Positions 30,436 through 40,434 of a stretch of 64,000 bases of DNA are shown here, piece by piece. The notes below the pieces were generated by a model that worked only from the letters and a program-made list of their open reading frames with translations, was not told where the DNA came from and ran no database searches. Numbering within the stretch: position 1 is the stretch's first letter; each line of letters begins with the position of its first letter. A program made the translations under genes and the position numbers. The stretch covers positions 4,996-68,995 of the forward strand of contig JAFTOT010000035.1 of the NCBI GenBank assembly GCA_017463665.1. The letters run 5' to 3'. The DNA is from Clostridia bacterium. GTDB lineage: Bacteria > Bacillota > Clostridia > Oscillospirales > CAG-272.

Positions 30436-30666
30436 TTACTGTACAACAAATGCCGCGAGCTCGGCTTTGAGCGCATCCGCATTGTCAGTATGCGCAGTAA
30501 GCTCAATCTTATTCATCAAATCCAGGCTGAAAATACCCATGATCGACTTGGCGTCTACAACATATCTACCCGAGGACAGATCGATGTCATATTCCTGTCT
30601 GGTCACGATCTCAACAAATTTACGGATCTCTTCAATAGTGGAAAGCTTTATAAAAAACGTATTCAT
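30436..30666 (-). CDS. HPr-fold protein lacking the His-15 site (Crh-like)
   Basis: 76 aa from ATG at 30666 (RBS AAGGAGAA). It retains the Ser46-region motif VDAKSIMGIFSL, but STIEEIRKF replaces the GLHARPA phospho-His loop. Confidence 0.7.
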   Translation of the reverse strand: MNTFFIKLSTIEEIRKFVEIVTRQEYDIDLSSGRYVVDAKSIMGIFSLDLMNKIELTAHTDNADALKAELAAFVVQ

Positions 30667-30703
30667 AAGCTTTTCTCCTTTCATTACCTGATTTTACTTT
30701 TTC

Positions 30704-30732
30704 ATTATACTTGAAGATAGTTTTCTTGTCAA
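30704..30732 (-). promoter_or_regulatory. consensus sigma-A promoter for the HPr-like gene
   Basis: On the minus strand: TTGACA (30732..30727), a 17-nt spacer, then TATAAT (30709..30704). Confidence 0.55.
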
Positions 30733-30765
30733 TAAAATTGATGTAATTTTTATACATGTTTTTTA

Positions 30766-33414
30766 CTACGGTTCATCTTCGTAAACCGTGTTTTCGTCCC
30801 CTGACGGCGGAAGCGTATCTGCGGGTTCAGTCGTAGTTTCGGCAGGAGCCGTTGTCTGCGCCTGCTCAAAGCGAGAAAAGTCATAGTTTTCATAACTGAA
30901 CGAGTTGAATTGTCTGCCACCTTTCAGGTTGGTAGTGCCAACATAGGTTCCATCCGGAATCGTGTGAATGAAATACGGCTCACCCCACCATCCGCACGGA
31001 CGAACAGAAGCAGGCAGATCACGATAAACATACTGTGCATCCTCTACATAAATCTGCACAGGGAACGAACGCGTGTTCTCGCGGATCAACGCTACCTTTT
31101 TGATATTCTCCGGCAGTGTATACTCATGCGCAAACGCATTTGTGGTCTTGTCATAGTCCACGATGACATGCGTGTCACAATACTCAGTCGGCATGGTCGA
31201 AACCGTGAAATAACCCGTATCAGCACGACTGCCGCGCGGATCCAATCGGCATGCATCGGTCATCAGCTTGCCCGAATCCTTGCAGTACGTAACTTCGACA
31301 ATATCCGAAGGTCGATTGTCATCAAAGCTGCGCAACGCACTTCCTGTTTCGTTCGCCTCGGCGATGATATCCTCGTGCAAACGCGTCATTACCAAATCAA
31401 ACAGCTTGTTTGACGGATTCTGCGAAAGATTGCTCAGCGACTTAGGATAAGAGTATCCATACCAAACCGCGCCGACATAGTAAGGCGTATAGCCGACGAA
31501 CCAACGGTCATAGTCGTTACCCGCGGTACCGGTCTTACCCGCAACATCTACGGTTTTGCGCAGCGTTACACTGGTACCTGTACCGTGGTTCATAACATTT
31601 TGCAGCATCTTGGTCATGATATAGGAGGTCTGCTCACTGAACACGATCTCACCCGCATCATCACCGGAAAGCAGCAGATTTCCCTCACTGTCATAAACAT
31701 ACAGGTAAGAATTGCTCTTATGGTAGATGCCGCCATTCGGGAACACGGTATACGCCGCCGCGATATCGCGTACGGTCACACCGTAGTTGAGCTGACCGAG
31801 AGAAAGCGCCGCAAGACCTTTATCCGTGTAGCCTCTGCCCTCCCGATCCTCTGCGTAGTCTATCAAATAGTCAAAGCCAAGTTTGTTTTTGAGATAACCG
31901 TAAGAAACATCGATCGTCAGTTCCTCAAGCACCTTCATCGCTACAGTGTTGACCGAGCGCTCCACGGCACTGTTAATCGTAGTAAGCCCTTTATAAACAT
32001 CCGGCAGGTTGTGGGGATACGGATCATTTCCGTTAAACCAAAGCGGCGTATCATCATACACGGAACCGTAAGTGATGATTCCTTCTTCCAGTGCCGGCGC
32101 ATATACCGACAACGGTTTCAGAGACGAACCCGGGGCACGCTGCGTCTGCGTTGCATAGTTGAGCACAAGGTTACCGCGCTTTTCGCTGCGTGAACCGACC
32201 ACGCCGAGCAAGTCTCCCGTTTCGGGATCCACTACCGCCATAGCGGATTCGGCGGGAATACCGCCCGTATTCGCCGGGAAACTGCTTTCGTCCGCGTACA
32301 CTTCTTCCATGATGGACTGCACTTTCGGATCCATGAGTATATATATGCTTAAGCCGCCCGAGTTGATCAGGTTGCTTGCGATCTCGCTGGAGATGTTGTA
32401 CGTCTTCATCAAGTCATCACGCACTTCGCAGAATACGGTTTCTATATACCAGGAATTGATGTTGTTTTTGTCAACAGCCTCCTCCTCACCGGCACTACTG
32501 TCCACAAGAACCAACTCTTCCGCCATCGCCTCATCATACTCTTGTTGAGAGATCTTTCCAAGCTCCAACATCTTCCACAAAACTGTTACTCGACGTTCGC
32601 GATTGTATTCCGGATTCTGGATCGGATCATACTTTGTCGGAAACTTCGTAATAGAAGCCAACGCGGCACACTCTGTAAGTGTGAGCTCACTCAGCTCTTT
32701 TCCGAAATAAGTCTCTGCAGCGGCACGAACACCCTTACAACCTTGCGAAAGCGGAACAATATTGAGATACAGTTCAATGATCTCTTCCTTGCTTTTGCTC
32801 TTCTCAAGATTGAGTGCGGATAGAATTTCCTGCACTTTTCGCTGAATCGTTGCTTCATTGTTGCCGGTAACATTTTTGATCAACTGCTGTGTGATCGTAG
32901 AACCGCCGTAGGAAGAATTGCCGAAGACAAATTCCAGTACCGCACCGGCAGTTCGTTTCCAGTCCACACCGTTGTGCGTCCAAAAACGTTCATCCTCAAT
33001 GGACACAAACGCCTCGCGCAGATACGTAGGGATCTCATCATACGATGCCCAAAGGCTGTTTTCGGTGCCGTAGATGCGTGCCTCCTCGATCTCGACAGCC
33101 GTACCGATTCGATTGGCGCGATCCGTAAACTCATAATAATAGATCTTTGTTGTCTTGTCACCCGTTGCCGTTACCAACAGCGACTCATCCATCGTGGGAT
33201 CAATATTGTTGCTGACATAGATGGCAAACACACATCCGACGATAATACCGGTGATAAAACATACCAGAATGAACGTCAAGAGTGCGCTGAAAAAATATCC
33301 GATTGCCTTTCCGATCTTGGAAAATATGCCTTTTGCGGATTTCTTTTCCTTCTTGAAACTATCAATTGTCACTTGTTTTTCTCTTTTTTTCACAACAAAC
33401 CTCTTACGCATCAT
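30766..33414 (-). CDS. class A penicillin-binding protein (PBP1A-type transglycosylase/transpeptidase)
   Basis: 882 aa. N-terminal TM, GT51 motifs (EDERFWTHNGVD, RKVQE), transpeptidase motifs SSLKP and KTGT, and a long C-terminal extension. Confidence 0.9.
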   Translation of the reverse strand: MMRKRFVVKKREKQVTIDSFKKEKKSAKGIFSKIGKAIGYFFSALLTFILVCFITGIIVGCVFAIYVSNNIDPTMDESLLVTATGDKTTKIYYYEFTDRANRIGTAVEIEEARIYGTENSLWASYDEIPTYLREAFVSIEDERFWTHNGVDWKRTAGAVLEFVFGNSSYGGSTITQQLIKNVTGNNEATIQRKVQEILSALNLEKSKSKEEIIELYLNIVPLSQGCKGVRAAAETYFGKELSELTLTECAALASITKFPTKYDPIQNPEYNRERRVTVLWKMLELGKISQQEYDEAMAEELVLVDSSAGEEEAVDKNNINSWYIETVFCEVRDDLMKTYNISSEIASNLINSGGLSIYILMDPKVQSIMEEVYADESSFPANTGGIPAESAMAVVDPETGDLLGVVGSRSEKRGNLVLNYATQTQRAPGSSLKPLSVYAPALEEGIITYGSVYDDTPLWFNGNDPYPHNLPDVYKGLTTINSAVERSVNTVAMKVLEELTIDVSYGYLKNKLGFDYLIDYAEDREGRGYTDKGLAALSLGQLNYGVTVRDIAAAYTVFPNGGIYHKSNSYLYVYDSEGNLLLSGDDAGEIVFSEQTSYIMTKMLQNVMNHGTGTSVTLRKTVDVAGKTGTAGNDYDRWFVGYTPYYVGAVWYGYSYPKSLSNLSQNPSNKLFDLVMTRLHEDIIAEANETGSALRSFDDNRPSDIVEVTYCKDSGKLMTDACRLDPRGSRADTGYFTVSTMPTEYCDTHVIVDYDKTTNAFAHEYTLPENIKKVALIRENTRSFPVQIYVEDAQYVYRDLPASVRPCGWWGEPYFIHTIPDGTYVGTTNLKGGRQFNSFSYENYDFSRFEQAQTTAPAETTTEPADTLPPSGDENTVYEDEP

Positions 33415-33494
33415 TTTGCATTGCGCTTTTCTTTGTATAGTTCACCACGCAATGCAAATAATATTCACAACGAAATAATAAGGATTCGGCAGAT

Positions 33495-33869
33495 ATGAAA
33501 ATAAAAATTCCTAATAAACGAACTTTTTTTCTCGGAGCTTTGCTTTTTGCTCTGCTCTTTTCCTGCATCGCGCAATGCATCAACCTGTTTTACACCAATC
33601 AAATGCTGCACCGCATTGAACAGCAAGAGAGCGAAAGCCGCAGCGTATACGCAGCAGATGCTCCGATGCTTGCAAGCGATGCGATCTACCGCCTGTACGA
33701 ATGCGGCGGTAAAATCGGTATCTATGATGCCAAAACCGAAGTATTGATTGACATCATTGATGTACTTGTCACGACACTGCCTTCCGCTGACAGACTCGCC
33801 CTGAAAAAGGGAATCGAGATCTATACCTTTTCGGACCTTGCGCAGATCATAGAGGATTTCTCGACCTGA
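33495..33869 (+). CDS. hypothetical membrane-anchored small protein (BofC-like feel, unverified)
   Basis: 124 aa. N-terminal TM helix followed by YECGGKIGIYDAKTEVLIDIIDVLVTTLPSADRLALKKGIEIYTFSDL. Confidence 0.45.
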   Translation: MKIKIPNKRTFFLGALLFALLFSCIAQCINLFYTNQMLHRIEQQESESRSVYAADAPMLASDAIYRLYECGGKIGIYDAKTEVLIDIIDVLVTTLPSADRLALKKGIEIYTFSDLAQIIEDFST

Positions 33870-36800
33870 TCATTTTAAGGCAACATTTTCTCGCCCGAGA
33901 AGCGCAGCAAGTTTTGCAAGCAACGCATCTGTCACTGTCGCGCGGCAGCCAACCGCCTTTACGTACTGCTTGGCTGTCCTATCGTACAGCACGACCTCGG
34001 CGCCATCGCTCGGCTTCCCGATCAAAGCAAGCGCCTGTGCCGTCTGCGGATCATGCACAGAGGCGACACGCAGATAAAGCTTTTGCGCTTTCGCTTCGGC
34101 GTAGTCTCCGTTGGACAGAAGCAGCTTGCAATCGTTCAGCAGTATCTTCGGCTTTTCTTCATCCTTGATGGAGATAGTACCGCGCACAGCCACAGGTGTT
34201 TCGGGTAGAAGCAGATCGACAAACCGCTCATACTGTCCGGCAAACACGACCGCTTCGATCTCCGCGGTTTTATCCTCGATCAGAACGAATGCCATGGCTT
34301 CACCGCTTTTGGTATTTTTGACCGTTTTTTTTGTTATCATGCCCGCCACGGTCACCGTTTGACGATCTTTATATTGCCCATCCGCGTCTTCCTCGAAAGA
34401 AGCATAGATATCCGCAATCGAATCCGCACCGAGTGCACCCATGTGTTTCGAATAGTCATTGAGAATATGCCCGGAAAAATACATACCGGAGCACTCTTTC
34501 TCCAGCATCAGCTTTTCTCGAAGCGTAAACTCCGGAATATCAGGGTACGCAAACTGAACAGGCGCCGCCGTGACCGCTTCGCTCATCAACGAAAAGAAGT
34601 CTATCTGCCCATCAAGTTCGGAGCGGTTTTTACTTTGCGCATTTTCAATGATCTTCTCGTAAGATGCAAGCAGCTGACTTCGATGCGCACCAATGCCGTC
34701 AAACGCGCCGCTCTTGATGAGCGATTCCACCTGCCGTTTGTTCAGATCATAACCACCCATTCGGGTGATGAAGTCCTCAAAGCTTGTAAAAATGCCGTTT
34801 CGCTTTCTTTCGGAAATGATCTGATCGACAAACAGCCGTCCTACACCTTTGAGCGCCAAAAGACCGAAACGGATCTTACCGCCCGCTGTGCCAAAAGATG
34901 CGATACTTTCATTGACATGCGGCGGAAGTACCTCAATTTTTGCCTTGGTGCACTCGCCGATATACTCGGCGGTTTTTCCAAAATCTCCGAGCACCGAGGT
35001 AAGCAGTGCTGCCATATACTCCGCCATGTAATGCGTCTTTAAATACGCGGTCTGATACGTAAGCACCGCGTAGGACGCAGCATGGCTTTTGTTAAAGGCA
35101 TAACTTGCAAAGCTGGCCATATCTTCAAACAGAGCGATTGCATCCGCCTCGGACATTCCGTTTTTCTTAGCGCCCTCAACAAATACACTGCGTTCCGCCT
35201 CCATGACCGAGGCTTTCTTCTTCGACATTGCTCTGCGAACGATGTCTGCTTTACCGAGACTGTATCCCGCGATCTCGCGAAATATCTGCATGACCTGCTC
35301 CTGATAGACGATGCAGCCGTAGGTCTTTGAAAGAATTTTTTCCAAGGCAGGATGTTTATACTCGGTTTGCGTTTTGCCGTGCCGCCGCTCAATATACCGG
35401 GGAATCGAATCCATCGGTCCCGGACGGTACAGTGCGATCGCGGCAATGATATCATCAATACAATCCGGGCAAAGCTGGGTGAGCACCTGCTTCATACCTT
35501 TGGACTCCAGCTGAAAAACACCGCCTGTTCGCCCTTCGGAAATAAGTGCGTAGGTCTCTGCATCATCAAATCTGATCTTTTGAATGTCGAAATCGGGATG
35601 CTCTGCCTTAATGAGCCGCTCTGCGTCGGCAATAATGGTGAGATATCGCAAACCGAGAAAGTCAAATTTGACAAGTCCGAGTTCCGCAGATGTATCCATG
35701 TCAAACTGCGTAACGATCGTATCACCGTTGACCGCAAGCGGTACGTAAGAGCAAACCTCTTTATCCGTGATAACCACGCCCGCAGCATGGGTGGAGGCAT
35801 GCCGCGGCATTCCCTCCAATGCACGTGCCGTGTCGATCAGCCGTGCAATATTGGAATCGCTTTCATACAGAGCTTTCAGCTCTCTGCGTTTCAGTGCATC
35901 ATGCAGCGTAACACCGAGCTCACGCGGCACAAGATTTGCAACCTTGTCCACCTCGGAATAGCTCATACCAAGCGCGCGACCGACATCACGGATTGCCGCT
36001 CGCGCCGCCATCGTACCAAAGGTAACGATCTGCGCAACATGTTCTGTACCGTAATGCTCGGAAACATATCGGATTACTTCATCGCGCCGCTCGTAACAGA
36101 AGTCTACGTCAATATCGGGCATGCTGACGCGCTCGGGATTGAGAAACCGCTCAAACAGCAGATCAAATCGAATCGAGTCTACATCGGTAATACCGATGAG
36201 ATAATTGACCAGACTTCCCGCACCGGATCCTCTGCCGGGACCAACCGCGATACCGTGCTCTTTTGCATATGTTACATAGTCCCGCACGATCAGAATGTAA
36301 TCGGTGAAGCCCATTTGCTCAATGACCGACAGCTCATATTCCGCGCGTGATATATAGTCCTGTTTTGTATACGTATCAAAGGTGATATATCCTTTGCTGA
36401 TCTTCTCTTCTAAACCGCTAAAAGCGTACTCGCGCAATAGTACCGCGGGTGTTTTTCCGTCTTTTGCCGCGATTTTAGGCAAATATAAATTGCCGAAGGA
36501 AAAATCGAAATTGCAGGCATCGGCGATCCTTTGGGTATTTTCAATCGCCGCAGGCACGTGACCGAACAACTTTTCCATCTCAGCCGTGTTTTTATAGTAA
36601 AACTCCTCGGTCTCAAAACCGATCGGCTTCCCTTCTGCAAGCGTACTGCCTGTTTGGATACACATCATCACTGCTTGATGCTCCGCATCCAATTTGCGCA
36701 GATAGTGCACATCGTTGGTCGCCACCAACGGGAGCTGCAACTCGTCCGCCATCCTGATCAGTTCTTCATTGACTTCTCTTTGCTCAGGAATGCCGTGATC

Positions 36801-37325
36801 CTGTAGTTCAAGATAGAAATTTCCGTCCCCGAAGATCCCGGCAAGCTGCTTGGCATGTACTCGGGCGCCTGCATAATCACCGCTTGTGATCGCACGTGGT
36901 ATAAATCCCGCGAGACACGCCGAAAGCGCGATCAAGCCTTCCGAATGAGAACGCAGCAGATCCATATCCACTCGCGGCTTTTGATAAAATCCTTCGGTAA
37001 AGGATTTGGAAACTATATATATGAGGTTTTCATACCCCTTTTGATTTTTGCACAGAAGGACAAGATGATTGCCGGAAAGATCGCGCCTGCCATCCTTGTC
37101 AAACCGTGTGCGCTGTGCGACATATACCTCGCATCCGATGATCGGTTTGATTCCCTCGGCTTTGCATGCCTTGTAAAATGCAACCGCACCGTACAAGACG
37201 CCGTGGTCGGTAAGTGCCACGGCACTGTGCCCTGCCGCTTTTGCCGCTTTCGGGATATCGGCAATGCGACATGCACCGTCCAGTAAGCTATACTCACTGT
37301 GCAAATGTAAATGTACAAACCCCAT
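33870..37325 (-). CDS. dnaE: DNA polymerase III alpha subunit
   Basis: PHP domain N-terminus FVHLHLHSEYSLLDGA. I prefer ATG at 37325 (9 nt after GGAGG) to ATG at 37334, which abuts the SD. Confidence 0.94.
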   Translation of the reverse strand: MGFVHLHLHSEYSLLDGACRIADIPKAAKAAGHSAVALTDHGVLYGAVAFYKACKAEGIKPIIGCEVYVAQRTRFDKDGRRDLSGNHLVLLCKNQKGYENLIYIVSKSFTEGFYQKPRVDMDLLRSHSEGLIALSACLAGFIPRAITSGDYAGARVHAKQLAGIFGDGNFYLELQDHGIPEQREVNEELIRMADELQLPLVATNDVHYLRKLDAEHQAVMMCIQTGSTLAEGKPIGFETEEFYYKNTAEMEKLFGHVPAAIENTQRIADACNFDFSFGNLYLPKIAAKDGKTPAVLLREYAFSGLEEKISKGYITFDTYTKQDYISRAEYELSVIEQMGFTDYILIVRDYVTYAKEHGIAVGPGRGSGAGSLVNYLIGITDVDSIRFDLLFERFLNPERVSMPDIDVDFCYERRDEVIRYVSEHYGTEHVAQIVTFGTMAARAAIRDVGRALGMSYSEVDKVANLVPRELGVTLHDALKRRELKALYESDSNIARLIDTARALEGMPRHASTHAAGVVITDKEVCSYVPLAVNGDTIVTQFDMDTSAELGLVKFDFLGLRYLTIIADAERLIKAEHPDFDIQKIRFDDAETYALISEGRTGGVFQLESKGMKQVLTQLCPDCIDDIIAAIALYRPGPMDSIPRYIERRHGKTQTEYKHPALEKILSKTYGCIVYQEQVMQIFREIAGYSLGKADIVRRAMSKKKASVMEAERSVFVEGAKKNGMSEADAIALFEDMASFASYAFNKSHAASYAVLTYQTAYLKTHYMAEYMAALLTSVLGDFGKTAEYIGECTKAKIEVLPPHVNESIASFGTAGGKIRFGLLALKGVGRLFVDQIISERKRNGIFTSFEDFITRMGGYDLNKRQVESLIKSGAFDGIGAHRSQLLASYEKIIENAQSKNRSELDGQIDFFSLMSEAVTAAPVQFAYPDIPEFTLREKLMLEKECSGMYFSGHILNDYSKHMGALGADSIADIYASFEEDADGQYKDRQTVTVAGMITKKTVKNTKSGEAMAFVLIEDKTAEIEAVVFAGQYERFVDLLLPETPVAVRGTISIKDEEKPKILLNDCKLLLSNGDYAEAKAQKLYLRVASVHDPQTAQALALIGKPSDGAEVVLYDRTAKQYVKAVGCRATVTDALLAKLAALLGRENVALK

Positions 37326-37345
37326 TGCCGGCATCCTCCTTTTAT

Positions 37346-38236
37346 TTATAAATCTTTGCTTTTCAAATTGTCTGCAAATACGCAGATTTTTTCCAATCGG
37401 TGATAAAGTCCGGGCTTGCTGACCGCAGGTGTCATTGTCTGCCCAAGCTGCAAAAGCGACATTTCGGGATACTTTAATCGCATCTGCGCGGTATATTCGA
37501 GCTCGGGTCCGAGTTCGGAAAGTCTACCGCGATCTGCAAGATAACGAATCGCAGAAATATGCTTTGCCGCAGACGCGGTCGAGCGCGCTATGTTACTCGT
37601 CTCACAGTTCGTGCGGCGATTGATATCATTTTTGATCTCATGGCTGATCTTGGCGTTCATAAAATCAAATGCTTGCTTACTTGCGCCCATGTAAAACAGA
37701 AAGTCCTCGATCACGCCGCTATCCTTGGAGTATAGACTCTGCTTGCCGAGTCGCACCGAAGTTTTCATAGCATATCCGGCATCCTCCAAAACATGGGAAA
37801 GCGCACATAAATTCTCGGCGGTTCGACTTTTTATCTCAAAATGATAATTCTTCTTGTCAGGGGCGCTGACAGTGCCGCCGCCGACAAATACACCGCGCAA
37901 AAAAGCGCAAACACATTCCTCGCATTTAAACTGCCCGGAAAGATCCGCCTGTATACGACAATTCTGCAAAAATTCGCCTGCACTTCTGGAAGAAAAAGCG
38001 AGTAAGAGAATGCCCCGCCCGCCGATTTTTTCGGGCACTGTTTCTCTGCCGAACTGCTCGCGGATCATTTTCGCGCAGATCTCTGCAAGCTCTGCCCCAT
38101 CCACGTAAAGAGAAATATCCTCGCCGCTCACATCCGCACCGCCAAGCAGTACCCCGTTGATAAAAGCACGGCGACAGCAAGGCTTCTTCATCTGAAAAGA
38201 GGCGGCCTCCAGTTTTGTCTCCGAAGAAAACGACAT
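37346..38236 (-). CDS. whiA: DNA-binding sporulation/cell-division regulator WhiA
   Basis: 296 aa with N-terminal MSFSSETKLE..., a LAGLIDADG-like core and a C-terminal HTH. The ATG shares one base with the murB stop (TAATG). Confidence 0.92.
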   Translation of the reverse strand: MSFSSETKLEAASFQMKKPCCRRAFINGVLLGGADVSGEDISLYVDGAELAEICAKMIREQFGRETVPEKIGGRGILLLAFSSRSAGEFLQNCRIQADLSGQFKCEECVCAFLRGVFVGGGTVSAPDKKNYHFEIKSRTAENLCALSHVLEDAGYAMKTSVRLGKQSLYSKDSGVIEDFLFYMGASKQAFDFMNAKISHEIKNDINRRTNCETSNIARSTASAAKHISAIRYLADRGRLSELGPELEYTAQMRLKYPEMSLLQLGQTMTPAVSKPGLYHRLEKICVFADNLKSKDL

Positions 38237-39165
38237 TATTTTTCACCTACAAAACGGATCTCACATTCCAGCGCAACTCCGTATAGTGTATATACTTTTT
38301 GTTTTATGATCTCGATCAGCGAAAGCACATCATTTGCAGTAGCATCGCCTGTATTAACGATAAAGCCGGCATGTTTGGGAGACACCATCGCGCCACCGAC
38401 ACTTGTACCTTTCAGACCTGCATCCTCGATCAGCTTGCCTGCAAAGTATCCCTCCGGGCGTTTAAACACGCTGCCCGCGCTGGGATAGGTCAACGGCTGC
38501 TTTTCACGACGGCATTGCAGATGTTCATTCATCTTAGCGCGGATCGCGTCGGGATCCCCTTTGGTAAGTTTCAGTGTGGAAGAAAGAACAATATAGTTTT
38601 TCTCCATAAAAACGCTGTGACGGTAACCGAAATGCTGCGATGCATTATCCAGCGTCAAGAACTCGCCGCTGTCCAGATCGTAGCACTCCGTCGAATACAC
38701 GATATCCGAAAGCTGTCCGCCATAGGCACCCGCATTCATATACACAGCGCCGCCGAGCGTTCCGGGGATGCCGTTGGCGAACTCCGCACCGCTAAGACCG
38801 GCGGTGCTTGCGTTCGTACCGACGCTGCCAAGTAACACACCGCATCCACCGGTGAGGTATTCTCCGTCGATCTGCACTTTGCGCATATCGGTCGTAACAA
38901 ACACAACGCCGCGAAATCCTTTGTCAGAAGCAAGCGTGTTGCTGCCGTTACCGATTACGATATACGGAACTCCGTTTTGCTTTGCAGCATCCAGCGCAAA
39001 GGCGAAAGCCTTTGCGTCGGCAGGATAAACTACAAGATCGGCATTTCCGCCGATGCGGAAAGAAGTAATGCGCTTCATGGAAAAGTCGCGGCGAACAAAA
39101 AATTTGCTTTTTCCCGCCTGCGCCGAATACTCGGCGAGCGCATTCTCAAAATTCTGAACAGACAT
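38236..39165 (-). CDS. murB: UDP-N-acetylenolpyruvoylglucosamine reductase
   Basis: 309 aa with FAD-binding SFRIGGNADL, GNGSN, and C-terminal GSVFKRP...AG.LIE. Confidence 0.92.
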   Translation of the reverse strand: MSVQNFENALAEYSAQAGKSKFFVRRDFSMKRITSFRIGGNADLVVYPADAKAFAFALDAAKQNGVPYIVIGNGSNTLASDKGFRGVVFVTTDMRKVQIDGEYLTGGCGVLLGSVGTNASTAGLSGAEFANGIPGTLGGAVYMNAGAYGGQLSDIVYSTECYDLDSGEFLTLDNASQHFGYRHSVFMEKNYIVLSSTLKLTKGDPDAIRAKMNEHLQCRREKQPLTYPSAGSVFKRPEGYFAGKLIEDAGLKGTSVGGAMVSPKHAGFIVNTGDATANDVLSLIEIIKQKVYTLYGVALECEIRFVGEK

Positions 39166-39185
39166 AAAAACAGTCCTTCTTTACA

Positions 39186-40409
39186 TTACAGAGTGAAACG
39201 ATGAAAGGTCTTTTTACCTTTTTTCACAACCATACCGTCACCGGCAAATGCTTCTTTGTCAAAGGTTTTATCAAATGCTTCTACCTTGACATCCGCAGCC
39301 AAAACACCGCCCTGCTGAATCAGTCTGCGCGCTTCACCCTTGGAAGGTGCAAGACCGGACAGCACCAGCATATCAATGATCGCGATCTTGCCGTCGGTAA
39401 AGTTATCCTCGGTGAGTACAGTGGAAGGCATATTTGTGGAAAGACCACCGTTTGCAAAGACAGCCTTTGCAGCTCCGAGCGCTTTTTCTGCCTCTTCTTT
39501 ACCGTGTACAAGCTCGGTCAGCTCATACGCAAGCTTTTCCTTAGCGCGATTGATATCGCTGCCCTCCAGCTTTGCATACTCGTCGATCTCCTCAAGGGGC
39601 ATAAAGGTAAGCATCTTCATGCACTTGATAACATCCGCGTCATCCACGTTTCTCCAGTACTGGAAGAAATCAAAGGGACTCGTCTTGTTCGGATCGAGCC
39701 AAACAGCGTTGCCCGCAGTCTTACCCATCTTATTGCCGTGCGAGTCAGTCAACAGTGTGATCGTCATGCAGTGTGCATCCTTGCCGAGTTTGCGGCGGAT
39801 GAGCTCAGTACCGCCGAGCATGTTCGACCACTGGTCGTTGCCGCCGAACTGCATGTTGCAATCGTAGTGCTTGAACAGATGGTAGAAGTCGTAGCTCTGC
39901 ATGATCATATAGTTAAATTCCAAGAAGGAAAGTCCCTTTTCCATGCGTTGCTTGTAGCACTCGGCACGCAGCATATTGTTGACCGAGAAGCAAGCACCTA
40001 CTTCGCGCAGAAGTTCAACATAGTTGAGGTTCAAGAGCCAATCGGCATTATTGACCATCTGTGCCTTTCCCTCGCCGAATTCGATAAAACGCTCCATCTG
40101 GCGCTTAAAACACTCTGCGTTGTGATCGATATCCTCTTTGGTAAGCATTTTGCGCATATCGGTACGTCCGGAAGGATCGCCGATCATCGTGGTACCGCCG
40201 CCGATCAGCGCGATCGGACGGTTACCCGCCATCTGCAGACGCTTCATCAGCGTAAGCGCCATAAAGTGTCCAGCGGTAAGGCTGTCTGCCGTGCAGTCGA
40301 AACCGATATAAAATGTAGCCTTTCCGGCATTGATCATTTCCTTGATTTGTTCTTCATCGGTAAGCTGTGCCAGAAGTCCTCTGGCCTTGAGTTCGTCAAA
40401 TAAAGTCAT
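39186..40409 (-). CDS. tyrS: tyrosine-tRNA ligase
   Basis: 407 aa. GFDCTADSLTAGH (HIGH-type motif), KMGKT (KMSKS), and a C-terminal S4 domain. Confidence 0.93.
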   Translation of the reverse strand: MTLFDELKARGLLAQLTDEEQIKEMINAGKATFYIGFDCTADSLTAGHFMALTLMKRLQMAGNRPIALIGGGTTMIGDPSGRTDMRKMLTKEDIDHNAECFKRQMERFIEFGEGKAQMVNNADWLLNLNYVELLREVGACFSVNNMLRAECYKQRMEKGLSFLEFNYMIMQSYDFYHLFKHYDCNMQFGGNDQWSNMLGGTELIRRKLGKDAHCMTITLLTDSHGNKMGKTAGNAVWLDPNKTSPFDFFQYWRNVDDADVIKCMKMLTFMPLEEIDEYAKLEGSDINRAKEKLAYELTELVHGKEEAEKALGAAKAVFANGGLSTNMPSTVLTEDNFTDGKIAIIDMLVLSGLAPSKGEARRLIQQGGVLAADVKVEAFDKTFDKEAFAGDGMVVKKGKKTFHRFTL

Positions 40410-40434
40410 TGTAGAGTCTCCTATATAATTTATG

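Noticed and set aside
28347-30470. 707-aa plus-strand ORF opposite purA and purB
   Set aside because: It is a shadow ORF of two canonical purine genes with no family motifs.
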